Positions 40,681-50,829 of a stretch of 64,000 nucleotides of DNA are shown in pieces. Numbering within the stretch: the first letter of the stretch is position 1; the number at the start of each line of letters is the position of its first letter. The DNA is from Alphaproteobacteria bacterium (GTDB lineage: Bacteria > Pseudomonadota > Alphaproteobacteria > UBA828): assembly GCA_965237415.1 (NCBI GenBank), contig CBDEFM010000002.1, positions 3,360,001 to 3,424,000 on the forward strand, given 5' to 3'. The position numbers were made by a program, and so were the translations under genes. The notes below the pieces were generated by a model that was not told where the DNA came from, made no database searches, and saw nothing but the letters and a program-made list of their open reading frames with translations.

Positions 40681-41406
40681 ATGCCAGCAGCCATCGTCCG
40701 CCCCGTGCCGCCCGTCCTCAGCATCGTGATCCCGACCCTCGACGCCGCCGGTGTTCTCGGCGCGACCCTTGCCGATGCGGCGCCCGGGATCGTGCGGCTG
40801 GCCGAACGCGGGACCGAGGTCGAGGTCGTGGTCGCCGACGGCGGCTCGCGGGACGGCACCGCCGATGAAGCCCGCCGGCACGGGGCGCGGCTTCTCGAAG
40901 CAGAAGCCGGGCGCGGCCGGCAGCTCGCGGCCGGCGCGGCCGCCGCCGGGGGTGCGTGGCTGCTCTTCCTCCACGCCGACACGCGCCCTGCACCCGGCTG
41001 GGATGAGGAGGTGAGCGCTTTCATCGCCGCACCTGGCAACCAGAGCCGGGCCACCTGCTTCCGCTTCGCCCTCGACGACCGAGGCACCGCCGCGCGGTTG
41101 CTGGAACGGCTTGTGGCGCTCCGCTGCCGTCTCTTCGCGCTCCCCTACGGCGACCAGGGGCTCTTGATCCACCGCAGCCTCTACGACGCACTCGGCGGCT
41201 TCCGCCCGTTGCCGCTCATGGAGGATGTCGATCTCGTGCGCCGGATCGGCCGAAAGCGCCTCACCTATTTGACGACACCGGCGGTCACCTCGGCCGTGCG
41301 CTATCGGCGCGCAGGCTACGCATCGCGCATGGCGCGCAACCTTTGCTGCCTGCTGCTCTTCTCCTTAGGGGTGCGGGCCGAGACGGTGGCCAGGCTCTAC
41401 GGATGA
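40681..41406 (+). CDS. GT2 glycosyltransferase, TIGR04283-like
   Basis: LSIVIPTL, VADGGSRD, GRG.QL..GA, LLFLHADT, LPYGDQG, PLMED. Confidence 0.88.
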   Translation: MPAAIVRPVPPVLSIVIPTLDAAGVLGATLADAAPGIVRLAERGTEVEVVVADGGSRDGTADEARRHGARLLEAEAGRGRQLAAGAAAAGGAWLLFLHADTRPAPGWDEEVSAFIAAPGNQSRATCFRFALDDRGTAARLLERLVALRCRLFALPYGDQGLLIHRSLYDALGGFRPLPLMEDVDLVRRIGRKRLTYLTTPAVTSAVRYRRAGYASRMARNLCCLLLFSLGVRAETVARLYG

Positions 41407-42212
41407 AGCCGGGAGAGCGCCACCTCGCAATCTTCCTCAAGGAGCCAAGGCTCGGCCGGGTGAAGGGGCGCCTCGCCCGCGACATCGGGCACGCGGAGGC
41501 CTGGCTCTTCTACCGGCGGCTGGTGCGTAGCGTGCTGCCGCCGCTTGCGCGCGATGCACGGTGGACGACATGGCTCGCGACGACACCCGCCGGTTGGCGC
41601 GGGCGGGAGCCCTTCTGGCCGCTCGCGCTGCCCCACCTTGAGCAGGGCCGGGGCGATGTCGGCCAGCGCATGCTGCGCGTCTTCCGCAGCCTGCCGCCGG
41701 GGCCCGCGATCATCGTCGGCAGCGATATTCCCGACCTCTCACCCGACCATGTGGCGCGTGCCTTCGCCGCCCTCGGACGCACCGACATGGTGTTGGGGCC
41801 GGCAGCCGACGGCGGCTACTGGCTGATCGGGCTGTCGGTTCGGGCGCGGGCGATCGATCCCTTCCAGGGTGTGCGCTGGTCGAGCCCGTGGGCGCTCGCC
41901 GATACCGAGCGCGGCCTGCCGGCGGGATTTCGACTAGCCCTGGTCGACCGCCTCGCAGATGTCGACGACGGGCCTGCCCTGCAAAATTGGCGCGCTCATA
42001 AGAGCGCGACCTGGCGCTGGCACGCTCAGGCGAGTGGAAATTCAAGCCCGTGCACTGAGACGAGCGCGAACGCTGATCCGCGCGCTCAGGCGAGCGCGAC
42101 GTCCGATCCGCGCGCTCAGGCGAGCGCGACACACTCGATCTCGATGTCGAACTCCATCGGCCAGGACGCCATGGCGACGAAAGTCCTGGCCGGCGGGTCG
42201 TGGGGGAAGTAG
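41403..42212 (+). CDS. TIGR04282/DUF2064-like (CofC-related) transferase with repeat-derived C-terminal extension
   Basis: KEPRLGRVKGRLA, QGRGDVGQRM, IVGSDIP, LGPAADGGYWLIG, WSS, DVDD. Confidence 0.85.
   Translation: MKPGERHLAIFLKEPRLGRVKGRLARDIGHAEAWLFYRRLVRSVLPPLARDARWTTWLATTPAGWRGREPFWPLALPHLEQGRGDVGQRMLRVFRSLPPGPAIIVGSDIPDLSPDHVARAFAALGRTDMVLGPAADGGYWLIGLSVRARAIDPFQGVRWSSPWALADTERGLPAGFRLALVDRLADVDDGPALQNWRAHKSATWRWHAQASGNSSPCTETSANADPRAQASATSDPRAQASATHSISMSNSIGQDAMATKVLAGGSWGK
41991..42130. repeat. cluster of CGCGCTC-N4-GAGCGCGAC hairpin repeats
   Basis: exact 26-mer GATCCGCGCGCTCAGGCGAGCGCGAC at 42075 and 42105, plus degenerate copies near 41991 and 42022. Confidence 0.8.
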
Positions 42213-42508
42213 CGGCCGTAGATCTCGTTCACGATCCGGTAATAAGCGGCGTTGGTGATGAAGACCTGGCACTTCACCACGCGATCCAGCGACGAGCCGG
42301 CGCTTTCCAGCGTGTGCTTCATCACCTGCATCACCTGCTCGGTCTGCACGTCGATCCCGCCCTTCACCATTTGGCCCGAGTCGAGGTCGAGCGGGGGCAG
42401 GCCCGAGACGTAGAGGAAGCCGCCCGCGCGCACGCAGGGCGAAAGCGGCACGCCGATCTTGCGGAGCGCCTCCGAGAGCTTGGGGATCTCGACGATTTCC
42501 TTCTCCAC
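42116..42508 (-). CDS. RidA/YjgF family protein
   Basis: FLYVSG, LESAGSSLDRVVK, NEIYGRYF...PART, IEIECVA. Confidence 0.92.
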   Translation of the reverse strand: MEKEIVEIPKLSEALRKIGVPLSPCVRAGGFLYVSGLPPLDLDSGQMVKGGIDVQTEQVMQVMKHTLESAGSSLDRVVKCQVFITNAAYYRIVNEIYGRYFPHDPPARTFVAMASWPMEFDIEIECVALA

Positions 42509-42538
42509 TTTCCTTCTCCTCTTCTCGTCGGGGAGCCT

Positions 42539-42625
42539 TACATTCCGCGCGCGCCAGGCTGCGCGGGCGCGCGACTCAGGCGGTGCCCTACATTCCGCGC
42601 GCGCCAGGCTGCGCGGGCGCGCGAC
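42539..42625. repeat. 37-bp direct repeat x2 (period 50) overlapping the moaB 3' end
   Basis: TACATTCCGCGCGCGCCAGGCTGCGCGGGCGCGCGAC at 42539 and 42589. Confidence 0.85.
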
Positions 42626-43157
42626 GTTCGGTCTCCTGCAACCGGGGCATCAGCTCGACCAGATTGCAGGGGCGCCAGCGATAGTCGAGCTGGTAGCGCA
42701 GTATCTTGTCCCAGCCGTCCTTGCAGGCGCCGGGCGATCCGGGCAGCGCGAACAGGTAGGTGCCGCCGGCGACGCCGCCGGTGGTGCGCGATTGCATGGT
42801 GGACGTGCCGATGAGGTCGTAGCTCAGCTGGCGGAACAGCTCACCGAAGCCCGGAATCTCGCGCTCGTAGACGTCGTGGAAGGCCTCCGGCGTCACGTCG
42901 CGGCCGGTGACCCCGGTACCGCCGGTCGCGATCACCGCGTCGATCTCCGGGTCGGCGATCCAGCGTTCAAGCGCGGCGACGATCTCGGCCCGCTCGTCGT
43001 GGACGATGCGACGGTCGGCGACACGATGGCCGGCCCCTTCGATCCGCTCCACCAGCACTTGGCCCGAGCGGTCCTCGGCGAGCCCGCGGGTGTCCGAGAC
43101 CGTGAGGACTGCGATGTTGACGGCGCGGAAAGGCCTCTTCTCGTCGATCCCGATCAT
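42588..43157 (-). CDS. moaB: molybdenum cofactor biosynthesis protein B
   Basis: IAVLTVSDTR, TGGTG...RDVTPEA, PGFGELFR, LPGSPGAC, RPCNLVEL. Confidence 0.93.
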   Translation of the reverse strand: MIGIDEKRPFRAVNIAVLTVSDTRGLAEDRSGQVLVERIEGAGHRVADRRIVHDERAEIVAALERWIADPEIDAVIATGGTGVTGRDVTPEAFHDVYEREIPGFGELFRQLSYDLIGTSTMQSRTTGGVAGGTYLFALPGSPGACKDGWDKILRYQLDYRWRPCNLVELMPRLQETERRAPAQPGARGM

Positions 43158-44008
43158 TGCACCGTCTCTCCGTTCTTCATCTTGTCCTCGATCGCAAGCA
43201 GGTCGCGCCACACCTCGCGCTTCGCCGAAGGTGTACGCAGCAGGTAGGCAGGGTGGAAGGTTGCCGTGGCCTGGATCGTGCCCTCCATGCGAGGCGTCGA
43301 AAAGGGGAACCACTGGCCGCGCAGGCGGGTGATGCCTTCGCGCCGATTGAGCAGGGCCTTGGCGGCGATGCCGCCGACCAGCACCAGGATTCGGGGTGCG
43401 ATCAGCTCGATCTGGCGTTCGAGGAAGGGCTGGCAGATGGCAAGCTCCTCGGCGGTCGGCGAGCGGTTGCCGGGCGGCCGCCAGGGCAGCATGTTGGTGA
43501 TGTAGACCGCCGAGCGGTCGAGGCCGATGGACGCCAGCATCCGGTCGAGAAGACGCCCCGCCGGCCCGACGAAGGGAAGACCCTGGCGGTCCTCTTCGGC
43601 GCCCGGCGCCTCGCCCACGATCATCAGTGCGGCCCCCGGATTGCCGTCCCCGATCACGGTGTTGGTGGCGGTGCGCTTGAGCGCGCAGCCATCGAAGGCG
43701 CGCACGGCCGCCACCAGCTGATCGAGGCTGGCGCAGGCGGTGGCGATCTCCTGCGCGCTCCAGGTGGCATCGCCCGAAGGGAGCAGCGGCGCGGGCGGCG
43801 CAGACGGCGCAGGGTCTTGCGGAGCAGCCATGGCAGGCTTAGGCGCGCTGGGCGGCACGGCTTCCGGCACGGGCTCACGGGCGACGGCGGCGGACGTTGC
43901 GGCGGCGGCTTCCCGGTAGCGATCGCGCGGCGCATCGTCGATCGCCTGGTCGACGCCGGCGAGCACGTACCAGTCCAGCAACGCCCGGATCGCTTGGTCA
44001 CCGCTCAT
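43154..44008 (-). CDS. uracil-DNA glycosylase family 4
   Basis: GEAPGAEED..G.PFVG.AG.LL, RPPGNR, TFHPAYLLR. Confidence 0.93.
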   Translation of the reverse strand: MSGDQAIRALLDWYVLAGVDQAIDDAPRDRYREAAAATSAAVAREPVPEAVPPSAPKPAMAAPQDPAPSAPPAPLLPSGDATWSAQEIATACASLDQLVAAVRAFDGCALKRTATNTVIGDGNPGAALMIVGEAPGAEEDRQGLPFVGPAGRLLDRMLASIGLDRSAVYITNMLPWRPPGNRSPTAEELAICQPFLERQIELIAPRILVLVGGIAAKALLNRREGITRLRGQWFPFSTPRMEGTIQATATFHPAYLLRTPSAKREVWRDLLAIEDKMKNGETVQ

Positions 44009-44072
44009 CGCCGGCACGATATCAGAGCCGGACCGCAAGCTCATCCGGCGGCACGCCGTCGGACGCTGGCAC

Positions 44073-44339
44073 TCAAGGCTTCTTGTCCCCGCTCCGCGGC
44101 AGGTCGATGACCCGGCCGCCGTCCCGGCGCGGATCGAAGGCGTATCCCTTGCGCACCTCGACGTTGCGGAGAATGACTTCGAGGGCGGTTGCGTCGAAGG
44201 GATCGACATCGATCGGCTCGCGATATTTCGCGCGCAGGCTGTGCAGCATCTCGCGCTCGTTCGGCATGAGGCTCTCTTCGACCGCCTCCGCCGCCTCTAC
44301 TAGGTGTTGAAGCGCGACGAAAGCCACCAGCTCGACCAT
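44073..44339 (-). CDS. hypothetical protein
   Basis: 88-aa ORF with GGGAG RBS, co-oriented with the UDG gene. Confidence 0.65.
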   Translation of the reverse strand: MVELVAFVALQHLVEAAEAVEESLMPNEREMLHSLRAKYREPIDVDPFDATALEVILRNVEVRKGYAFDPRRDGGRVIDLPRSGDKKP

Positions 44340-44507
44340 CCCGATCTCCCTTCTCTCCGCGCCGACCCCCAAATCGGCGCCGAATGGCGCAGCCTAACCC
44401 GGATGTTGCGCCGGGGTCATGGCCTGCGCACAGTCGATTGCAACGCCCGGCCCGGCGGCCCAGGATGGGGCGAGGCGGCCATCCACATGCGGCAGGGGGA
44501 GAGAGGG

Positions 44508-45518
44508 ATGAGCGACTACGAGATGTTCGACGCGGGCGACGTGGTGCTGCAGAAGGGCGCGACGCTGCGGGGCGCCAAGCTCGCTTACAAGACCTACGGC
44601 ACGCTGAACGCCAAGAAGGACAACGTCATCATCCAGCCGACCTGGTACTCCGGCCACCACACCGACGTGGAGTGGACCATCGGCGAGGACCAGGCCCTCG
44701 ACCCCAGGCACTACTTCATCATCGTGCCGAACATGCTGGGCAACGGCCTCTCGTCGTCGCCCAGCAACACGCCGCCGCCCTACGACAAGGCGCGCTTCCC
44801 CCATGTGACGGCCTACGACAACGTGCGCCTGCAGCACAGGCTGGTCACCGAGGTGTTCGGGATCGAGCGGATCAAGCTCGTGACCGGCTGGTCCATGGGC
44901 GCGCTCCAGACCTTCCACTGGGGCTGCCTCTATCCCGACATGGTGGAGCGCATCGTGCCGACCTGCGGCTCTGCCAAGTGCTCGCGGCATAATTTCGTCT
45001 TCTTGGAAGGGGTAAAGGCGGCGCTGACCGCCGACGACGCCTGGAACAATGGCTGGTACGACGCACCGCCCACCAAGGGGATCCGCGCCATGGCCCGCGT
45101 CTATGCGGGCTGGGGCTTCTCGCAGACCTTCTACCGGGTGGAGGAGGACCTCGCGCTCGGCTTCTCCTCGCTCGAGGACTTTCTGGTCGGGTTCTGGGAA
45201 GGGTTCTTCATCCACAAGGACGCGAACAACCTGCTCACCATGCTGTGGACCTGGCAAAACGGCGATATCGGCGACAACGAGCTCTACGGCGGCGACATCA
45301 AGAAGGCGCTCGCCGGGATCAAGGCCAAGGCCATCGTGATGCCGGGGCGCACCGACCTCTACTTCCCGACGGAAGACAGCGAGATCGAGGTGGCCAACAT
45401 GCCGAATGCCGAGCTTCGCGTGTTCGAATCCTATTACGGCCACTTCGCCTCGAGCTCCCTCAACCCCGCCGACGTGGCCTTCCAGAACGAGGCGATCAAG
45501 GAGATCCTGGCAAGCTAG
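44508..45518 (+). CDS. homoserine O-acetyltransferase-like (MetX family) alpha/beta hydrolase
   Basis: LAYKTYGTLN, NMLGNGLSSSPSN, GWSMGA, DLYF, YGH. Confidence 0.85.
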   Translation: MSDYEMFDAGDVVLQKGATLRGAKLAYKTYGTLNAKKDNVIIQPTWYSGHHTDVEWTIGEDQALDPRHYFIIVPNMLGNGLSSSPSNTPPPYDKARFPHVTAYDNVRLQHRLVTEVFGIERIKLVTGWSMGALQTFHWGCLYPDMVERIVPTCGSAKCSRHNFVFLEGVKAALTADDAWNNGWYDAPPTKGIRAMARVYAGWGFSQTFYRVEEDLALGFSSLEDFLVGFWEGFFIHKDANNLLTMLWTWQNGDIGDNELYGGDIKKALAGIKAKAIVMPGRTDLYFPTEDSEIEVANMPNAELRVFESYYGHFASSSLNPADVAFQNEAIKEILAS

Positions 45519-45580
45519 CCCGCATGTCTCGCCGTGGTCGCGGTCCGCTTCCGCAGCCCACCTCGGGCAAAACGAAAAAT

Positions 45581-45640
45581 TTGTCCGGGATTCGCCGGGA
45601 TTAAGTGGGATTAAGTGGGATAAGTGGGATTCCATGGGAC
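45581..45640 (+). repeat. six GGGA motifs phased at about 10 bp
   Basis: TTGTCCGGGA TTCGCCGGGA TTAAGTGGGA TTAAGTGGGA TAAGTGGGA TTCCATGGGA. Confidence 0.8.
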
Positions 45641-45750
45641 AGGGGTGCGGACGCCCGAAGGGGCGTGCGCGCGGGAAAAGGTCGCGCACGCCCCTGTTGC
45701 GCGTGCCTGCAAGGTCAAGCGCGCGTCGCATAACGCCGTGCGCGGGGGAT

Positions 45751-45828
45751 GTCGGCCGCGCCTGAAAGGTCGCGGGCGCGGAATGTAGAGTCGGCCGCGC
45801 CTGAAAGGTCGCGGGCGCGGAATGTAGA
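45751..45828. repeat. 39-bp tandem repeat x2
   Basis: GTCGGCCGCGCCTGAAAGGTCGCGGGCGCGGAATGTAGA at 45751 and 45790. Confidence 0.88.
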
Positions 45829-46006
45829 GTCGCGCACGCCCGTTCATCCCGATCGTGCCTCCCTGCGCATACCGCGCATGTGACCCGCTCGTCCTCGTTC
45901 TGCGTCGCGCGGATACGCGCGCGGGAGCATGATCGGCACATCCCGCGATCCTGGCACAGCAGCCGCACACGTTGCACCGCACCGTGGTCGGGGGAATCAA
46001 GAGGGG

Positions 46007-46765
46007 TTAACCCCGCCCGATGAACGGCATCTTGGTGGCCATCACCGTCATGAACTGGACGTTCGCGTCGAGCGGCAGGCGCGCCATATAGACCACGGCT
46101 TCGGCGACGTTCTCCACCGCCATGGTCGCCTCGGAGGCCATGGAGCCGTCGGCCTGCGGCACCCCCTGGCTCATGCGCTGGGTCATCTCGGTCGCCGCGT
46201 TGCCGACGTCGATCTGGCCGCAGGCGATGTTGTACTTGCGCCCGTCGAGGGAGGTCGAGCGGGTCAGGCCGGTCACGGCGTGCTTCGTCGACGTATAAGG
46301 CGCGGAGTTGGGCCTGGGCACGTGGGCCGAGATCGAGCCGTTGTTGATGATGCGCCCGCCCTTCGGATTCTGCGCCTTCATGATGCGAAAGGCCTCCTGG
46401 GTGCAGAGGAAGACCCCGGTGAGGTTGGTGTCGACCACCTGCTGCCACTTGTCGAAGCGGAGGTCCTCGAGCGGCACGGGCGGCGCGCTGATGCCGGCGT
46501 TGTTGAAGAGCAGATCGAGCCGGCCGAACTTGTCTTGCGTCTCGGCAAAGAGCGCCGCGACCTGGTCCTGCTTGCCGACATCGCAGGGCACCGCGATCGC
46601 CGTATCGGGGCCAGCGCCGGCCTCGGCGATGGCGCTCTCCAGCGTCTCCCGCCGGCGGCCGGAGAAGACCACGGCCCAGCCGTCCCCCAGCAGCGCGTGC
46701 GCCGCTGCCTTGCCGATCCCCTGCCCCGCGCCGGTGACCAGCGCCACTTTGCGCTCGGCGTTCAT
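46007..46765 (-). CDS. short-chain dehydrogenase/reductase
   Basis: [32 protein letters not shown]. Confidence 0.93.
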   Translation of the reverse strand: MNAERKVALVTGAGQGIGKAAAHALLGDGWAVVFSGRRRETLESAIAEAGAGPDTAIAVPCDVGKQDQVAALFAETQDKFGRLDLLFNNAGISAPPVPLEDLRFDKWQQVVDTNLTGVFLCTQEAFRIMKAQNPKGGRIINNGSISAHVPRPNSAPYTSTKHAVTGLTRSTSLDGRKYNIACGQIDVGNAATEMTQRMSQGVPQADGSMASEATMAVENVAEAVVYMARLPLDANVQFMTVMATKMPFIGRG

Positions 46766-46882
46766 AAGCTGCGCTCCTGTGCCCTTGTGGCGGCGCCAGA
46801 CACCTGCGCCGGCTTGTTCATGGCTTTCATGGCCGCCGCATATAGCACGGGGCGGGAGCGTGGTTAACGCCGCCGAGACGCA

Positions 46883-48313
46883 TCATTTGGAGCGCTTGCG
46901 GTCTCGCAAGTCGTGGCAGCCCGCGACCTGGCGCGGGTCCGTATCGGCGGGGAAGAGCCGCACCTTCTGCGTGCTGGTCACCGGCAACGTGTCGAGGAAG
47001 AGCAGATAGCCCGGCGCCTTGTAGTAGGCGAGCCGCTCCAGGCAGAGGTCCTGCAGCGCCTCTGCCGCGTCCTGGTTCGCACCCGCGCCCAGCGCCGGCA
47101 CGATGCAGGCCATGACCTCCTCCTGCCGCAGCTCGTCGGGCACCGCGATCACCGCCGCCTGGGCCACGCGCTCGTCGGCCTGGAGCACCGCCTCGACCTC
47201 GCCGGCGGCGATATTCTCGCCGCTGCGGCGAATGATGTTCTTCTTGCGGTCGACGAAGCAGAGCATGCCGTCGGCGGCGCGGGTCACGACGTCGCCGGTG
47301 TGGAACCAGCCGCCCCGCCAGGCCTCTTCGGTCGCCGCCGGGTCCTTCAGATAGCCGGAAAAAAACCCACTTCGCGGATCTCCGCCGGTCATCCGCAGCG
47401 TGAGCTCGCCCGGAACGTCGGGCGGCGCCTCGCGATCTTCGTCGTCCACCACGCGCACTTCGCAGCCCGAAAGGGGGCGGCCGAAGGCGCGTGTGTCGGT
47501 CTGCCGCGGCTCGACGCTCGCCCATGTGGGCATCGCGACCTCGGTCATGCCCCAGCCTTCGATCAACGGGAAGCCGAAGCGCTCTTCGAACGCCTTGTGA
47601 TGCTTCGGATCGATGCCGGCACCTGCGCCGAACCTGACGGAGTGGGCGCGGTCGTGCGGACCCGACGGCAGGCTGAGCAGGAGCGGCGGCATGATCCCGA
47701 GATAGTGGATGATTGTGGCCTTGGTCGCGGCCACATCGGCCCACCAGCTCCGGGGGTGAAAGCGGTCGGCCATGACGATGCAGCCCGCCGCGCTCAGCAT
47801 CGCCATGCTGCCGATGGCGAGCGCGTTTGCATGATGGAGCGGCAGCGGGTTCAGCAGGCGCTCGCAGCCGTCTTCCAGCGTCATGAGGCCGCCGGCATCG
47901 CGATACCAGCGGGCAGCGTTGAGGAAATAGCGGTTGGTGAGGATGCAACCCTTGGGACGCCCCGTGGTGCCCGAGGTGTAGAGAAGCGCTGCCTCGCCGT
48001 CGATGTCGGGCGCGCCACCGCCCCGCGCACCGCCACGGGGGGCCGGGAACCGGGCCGGGAGGGCGGCGGCATCGACAATCGGCACGGCGTCCGTCAGGTC
48101 GCGCTCCGCCGCCTCGACATCGGCCAGCCGCTCCGGCACCGAGACCGCCAGAGCCGCCTCCGAATGGTCGAGGAGATAGATCATCTCGTCTTGTCGGTAG
48201 GCTGGGTTGATGGGCACGATGCCGCAGCCGAGCGCGTTCAGTGCCCACCAATGCAGGTGAAAGTCGGGCCTGTTCTCCAGCAGCAGCGCCACGCGGTGGC
48301 CGCGGCCGTAGCC
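46883..48313 (-). pseudogene. CaiC-like acyl-CoA ligase lacking its native N-terminus
   Basis: LYTSGTTGRPKG, WGMTE, FHTGD, DRKKNIIRRSGEN; homology starts at GYGRGHRVALL, upstream is antisense relaxase. Confidence 0.8.
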
Positions 48314-50678
48314 CTCGGGCAATGCGGCCTGGTATCTCCGCATCTGCGACACCGAGCGGATCGAGCTCAGGGCGGGCGACCGGATCCGCTGGACCCGCAA
48401 CCACAAGGTGCCGCCCAGGAGCGTCGCCCAGACGGGCGCGCCCGATCTGGTCAACGGCGGCGAAGCGGAGATCGTGGAGATCGACTACAGGCGGGTGCGC
48501 TTCCGCGACGGGGAAGGCTCCGAGTTCAACCTTGCGCTGACGGACCCGCAGCTGCGCCATCTCGATCATGCCTACTGCTCGACCGTGCACGCAGCGCAGG
48601 GACGGACGGCGCGTGCGGCGATCGCGGTTCTCGATGCCGGCGGCGTGGCGGACCGGCAGCTCTTCCATGTCGAGCTCAGCCGGGTGAGCGACAGGTTCCT
48701 GCTGCTGACCGACGACCGCGAGGCGTTGATCGAGCTTCTCGAGGCGCGACCCGTGATGGAGGACGGTGCTCTGGAGGCGCTGGGCGTCGATCCCGCGGCG
48801 ATACCGGCCGTGGACCTGGAGGTGTTCGCGGCCCTGGCCGAAGACTGGCGGGCTCTCCGTCAAGAGGCCGAAGAGACGGAGACGATATCCTTCTTCCTTC
48901 CCGGCTACGGGGGCGTGATGGCGCGGGCGGCGGCGCTGTCCACGATCGAGGACCTGCCGGCCGACATGCGCCGTCTCACCGACACCATGCTGGCGGAGCA
49001 CGAGGGCCATCTCGCCCGCGACCGGGAGGTGAGGAACCTGACGGAGCGGATCCAGGAGAACTGGCGGGGCTGGCCGGAGCTCGGCTGGGCGGCCCAGGCG
49101 CGGGGATGCGCCGCGGAAGAGCTTCCCCAATACGATGCCTGGCGAGAGGAAGGAACGGCCCTTCTGGAGGAGGCCCGGGGGACGCTCGAGGCAGACGGCC
49201 ACGCCGGGCGCCATCTCCACGCCATGCCGGGAGGATCGGCCGGGCTTACCGGCGCGGTCGAGACGCTCGAACGGACGCGCTTTCGCGACGAGGCGATCCT
49301 CGGGTTCGAGGCGCGGCTTCAGGAGGTGAACGTGCTGGCCCGGGCGGCGGACACGATCCCGTACTATGCCCAAGGTCACGGCGTCCTCCTCGAGCAGGCC
49401 CAAGCGCTCGCCCTCTTGCCGCATCTGCCCTCGCGCCATGCGGCAGCGGCCGAGAAGGTCATCGCCGATGCCAGGACCTGCGAGAGCTTGCGCACGAAGA
49501 TCGAAGCGCTTCGCGGAAAGACGGCACGGCTTCTCGACGAGCGCTCGGCGCTGGAGAACCTTGCCGCCGGCGAGCCCCTCAAGGGGCTCGGGGACTACGC
49601 CGCCTGGTGGAACCGCTGCCAGGCGGCGAAGCGCAACTGGCAGGGCATGCTCGGCGACCAGGACACGTGGCGGCCCCATCTCGACCGGCTCGGAGAGGAA
49701 GCGGCGGCCATTGAGACCGCCCTCGACCGGTTCGCGAAGCTCCGCGGCCGCGATCTGTTCGACGCCTCGATGAAAGGAATCGAGGAGGCCGCGCAAGCCG
49801 CGCGCGGCCGGGGAATCCTGCCATTCCATGACGACGCCTGTTGCAAGGCGGTCGACGAGGCGAAGCGTCTCGCAGGGAAGCATGAGCTGGACGAAGAGGC
49901 GCGGCAGCGTCTGCAGGCCGTGCTCGAAGAACAGGCGGCCCGCGCGGCGGAATGGATGGTCGTCGTCAAGCTGCTACAGGCAATGGGAAGGCTGGAACGG
50001 CGGAGCCTCCAACTTGAGATCGTCGCCGAGCAGAAGGAGGTCTCACGGACGGAGCTTTCCGGGTGGGCGAAGTTGCAGGGAAGAATCCAACGGTTGACAG
50101 AAGACGCCCGGGCGGCGCTCGATGACGGGAAGCTGCAGGCGCACTGGGAGAGCCGTCCCGACATCCGCGCGAGCATCGAGAAAGGTCTTCTGGACTGGGA
50201 GGGCCGTCTCGACGTCCGCGCGAGCGTCGAGAAAGGGCTTCCGAAGGCGGAGGCGGAGGTGGCGCACGAACGTTCCGTGCCCATCGACGACTTTCCCATC
50301 AAGTGCAAGAGGGACATCGTCCGCGACGACTGGCTGCGGTGGACCGAAGTCATCCAACCGAAGTCGTGGAGGTCGGAGGGAAGCGATCGCGCGGGCCGAG
50401 AGGAGGTCGTGCAATTCGAGGGAGGGCTCGTCGGGAGGACGGCAGCAAGAAAGGAACGCGAAGACCGCTGCACCGTGGAGGTCTATTCGCGTTCGGACGA
50501 CGGACCTCTCGGAGAAATGGAACTGTCGTTCGGCACGCTGATCGGGGGCGGCTGCTGGCGCGCTTACTGGGAGGACGAGGCGATGCGCAGCGACGAAGCG
50601 CGCAAGCAAAACCGGGAGTTGAAGGAAAGTCGGGAGATCGCGTGGCGGCCCGGGCCGTCCATGAGCATGACGCGCTGA
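48314..50678 (+). pseudogene. C-terminal part of a MobF/TraI-type relaxase-helicase with long helical tail
   Basis: IELRAGDRIRWTRN, LVNG, LDHAYCSTVHAAQGRT, FHVELSR (RecD-like helicase motifs V-VI); HUH domain absent. Confidence 0.8.
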
Positions 50679-50829
50679 GGGGCTCGGTGGAACCGTTGTC
50701 CATACGGGCGGGAGAATCGACCCCAAGGGGGTCGGCGGTGCGCGCGCCGTGTTCGTGGCCTGGCCCGCGCCGCAGCGCGATGCCGTGCGTGCCGCTCCCC
50801 TTGCCGGAACCGGAGGTGTCGCTCGGCGG

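Noticed and set aside
40681-42212. Selenosugar or arsenosugar biosynthetic cluster
   Set aside because: The TIGR04283/04282-like pair is widespread, and no radical SAM, ArsM, SelD or EgtB-like partner is adjacent
42539-45828. 37-39-bp repeats as a mini CRISPR array
   Set aside because: Only two copies each, spacers of 13 and 0 nt, and no cas genes in the window
46827-49883. 1018-aa and 933-aa long ORFs (also 34262-36265, 44394-46448, 3402-4826)
   Set aside because: Antisense or alternative-frame shadows of real genes in high-GC DNA; no recognisable motifs
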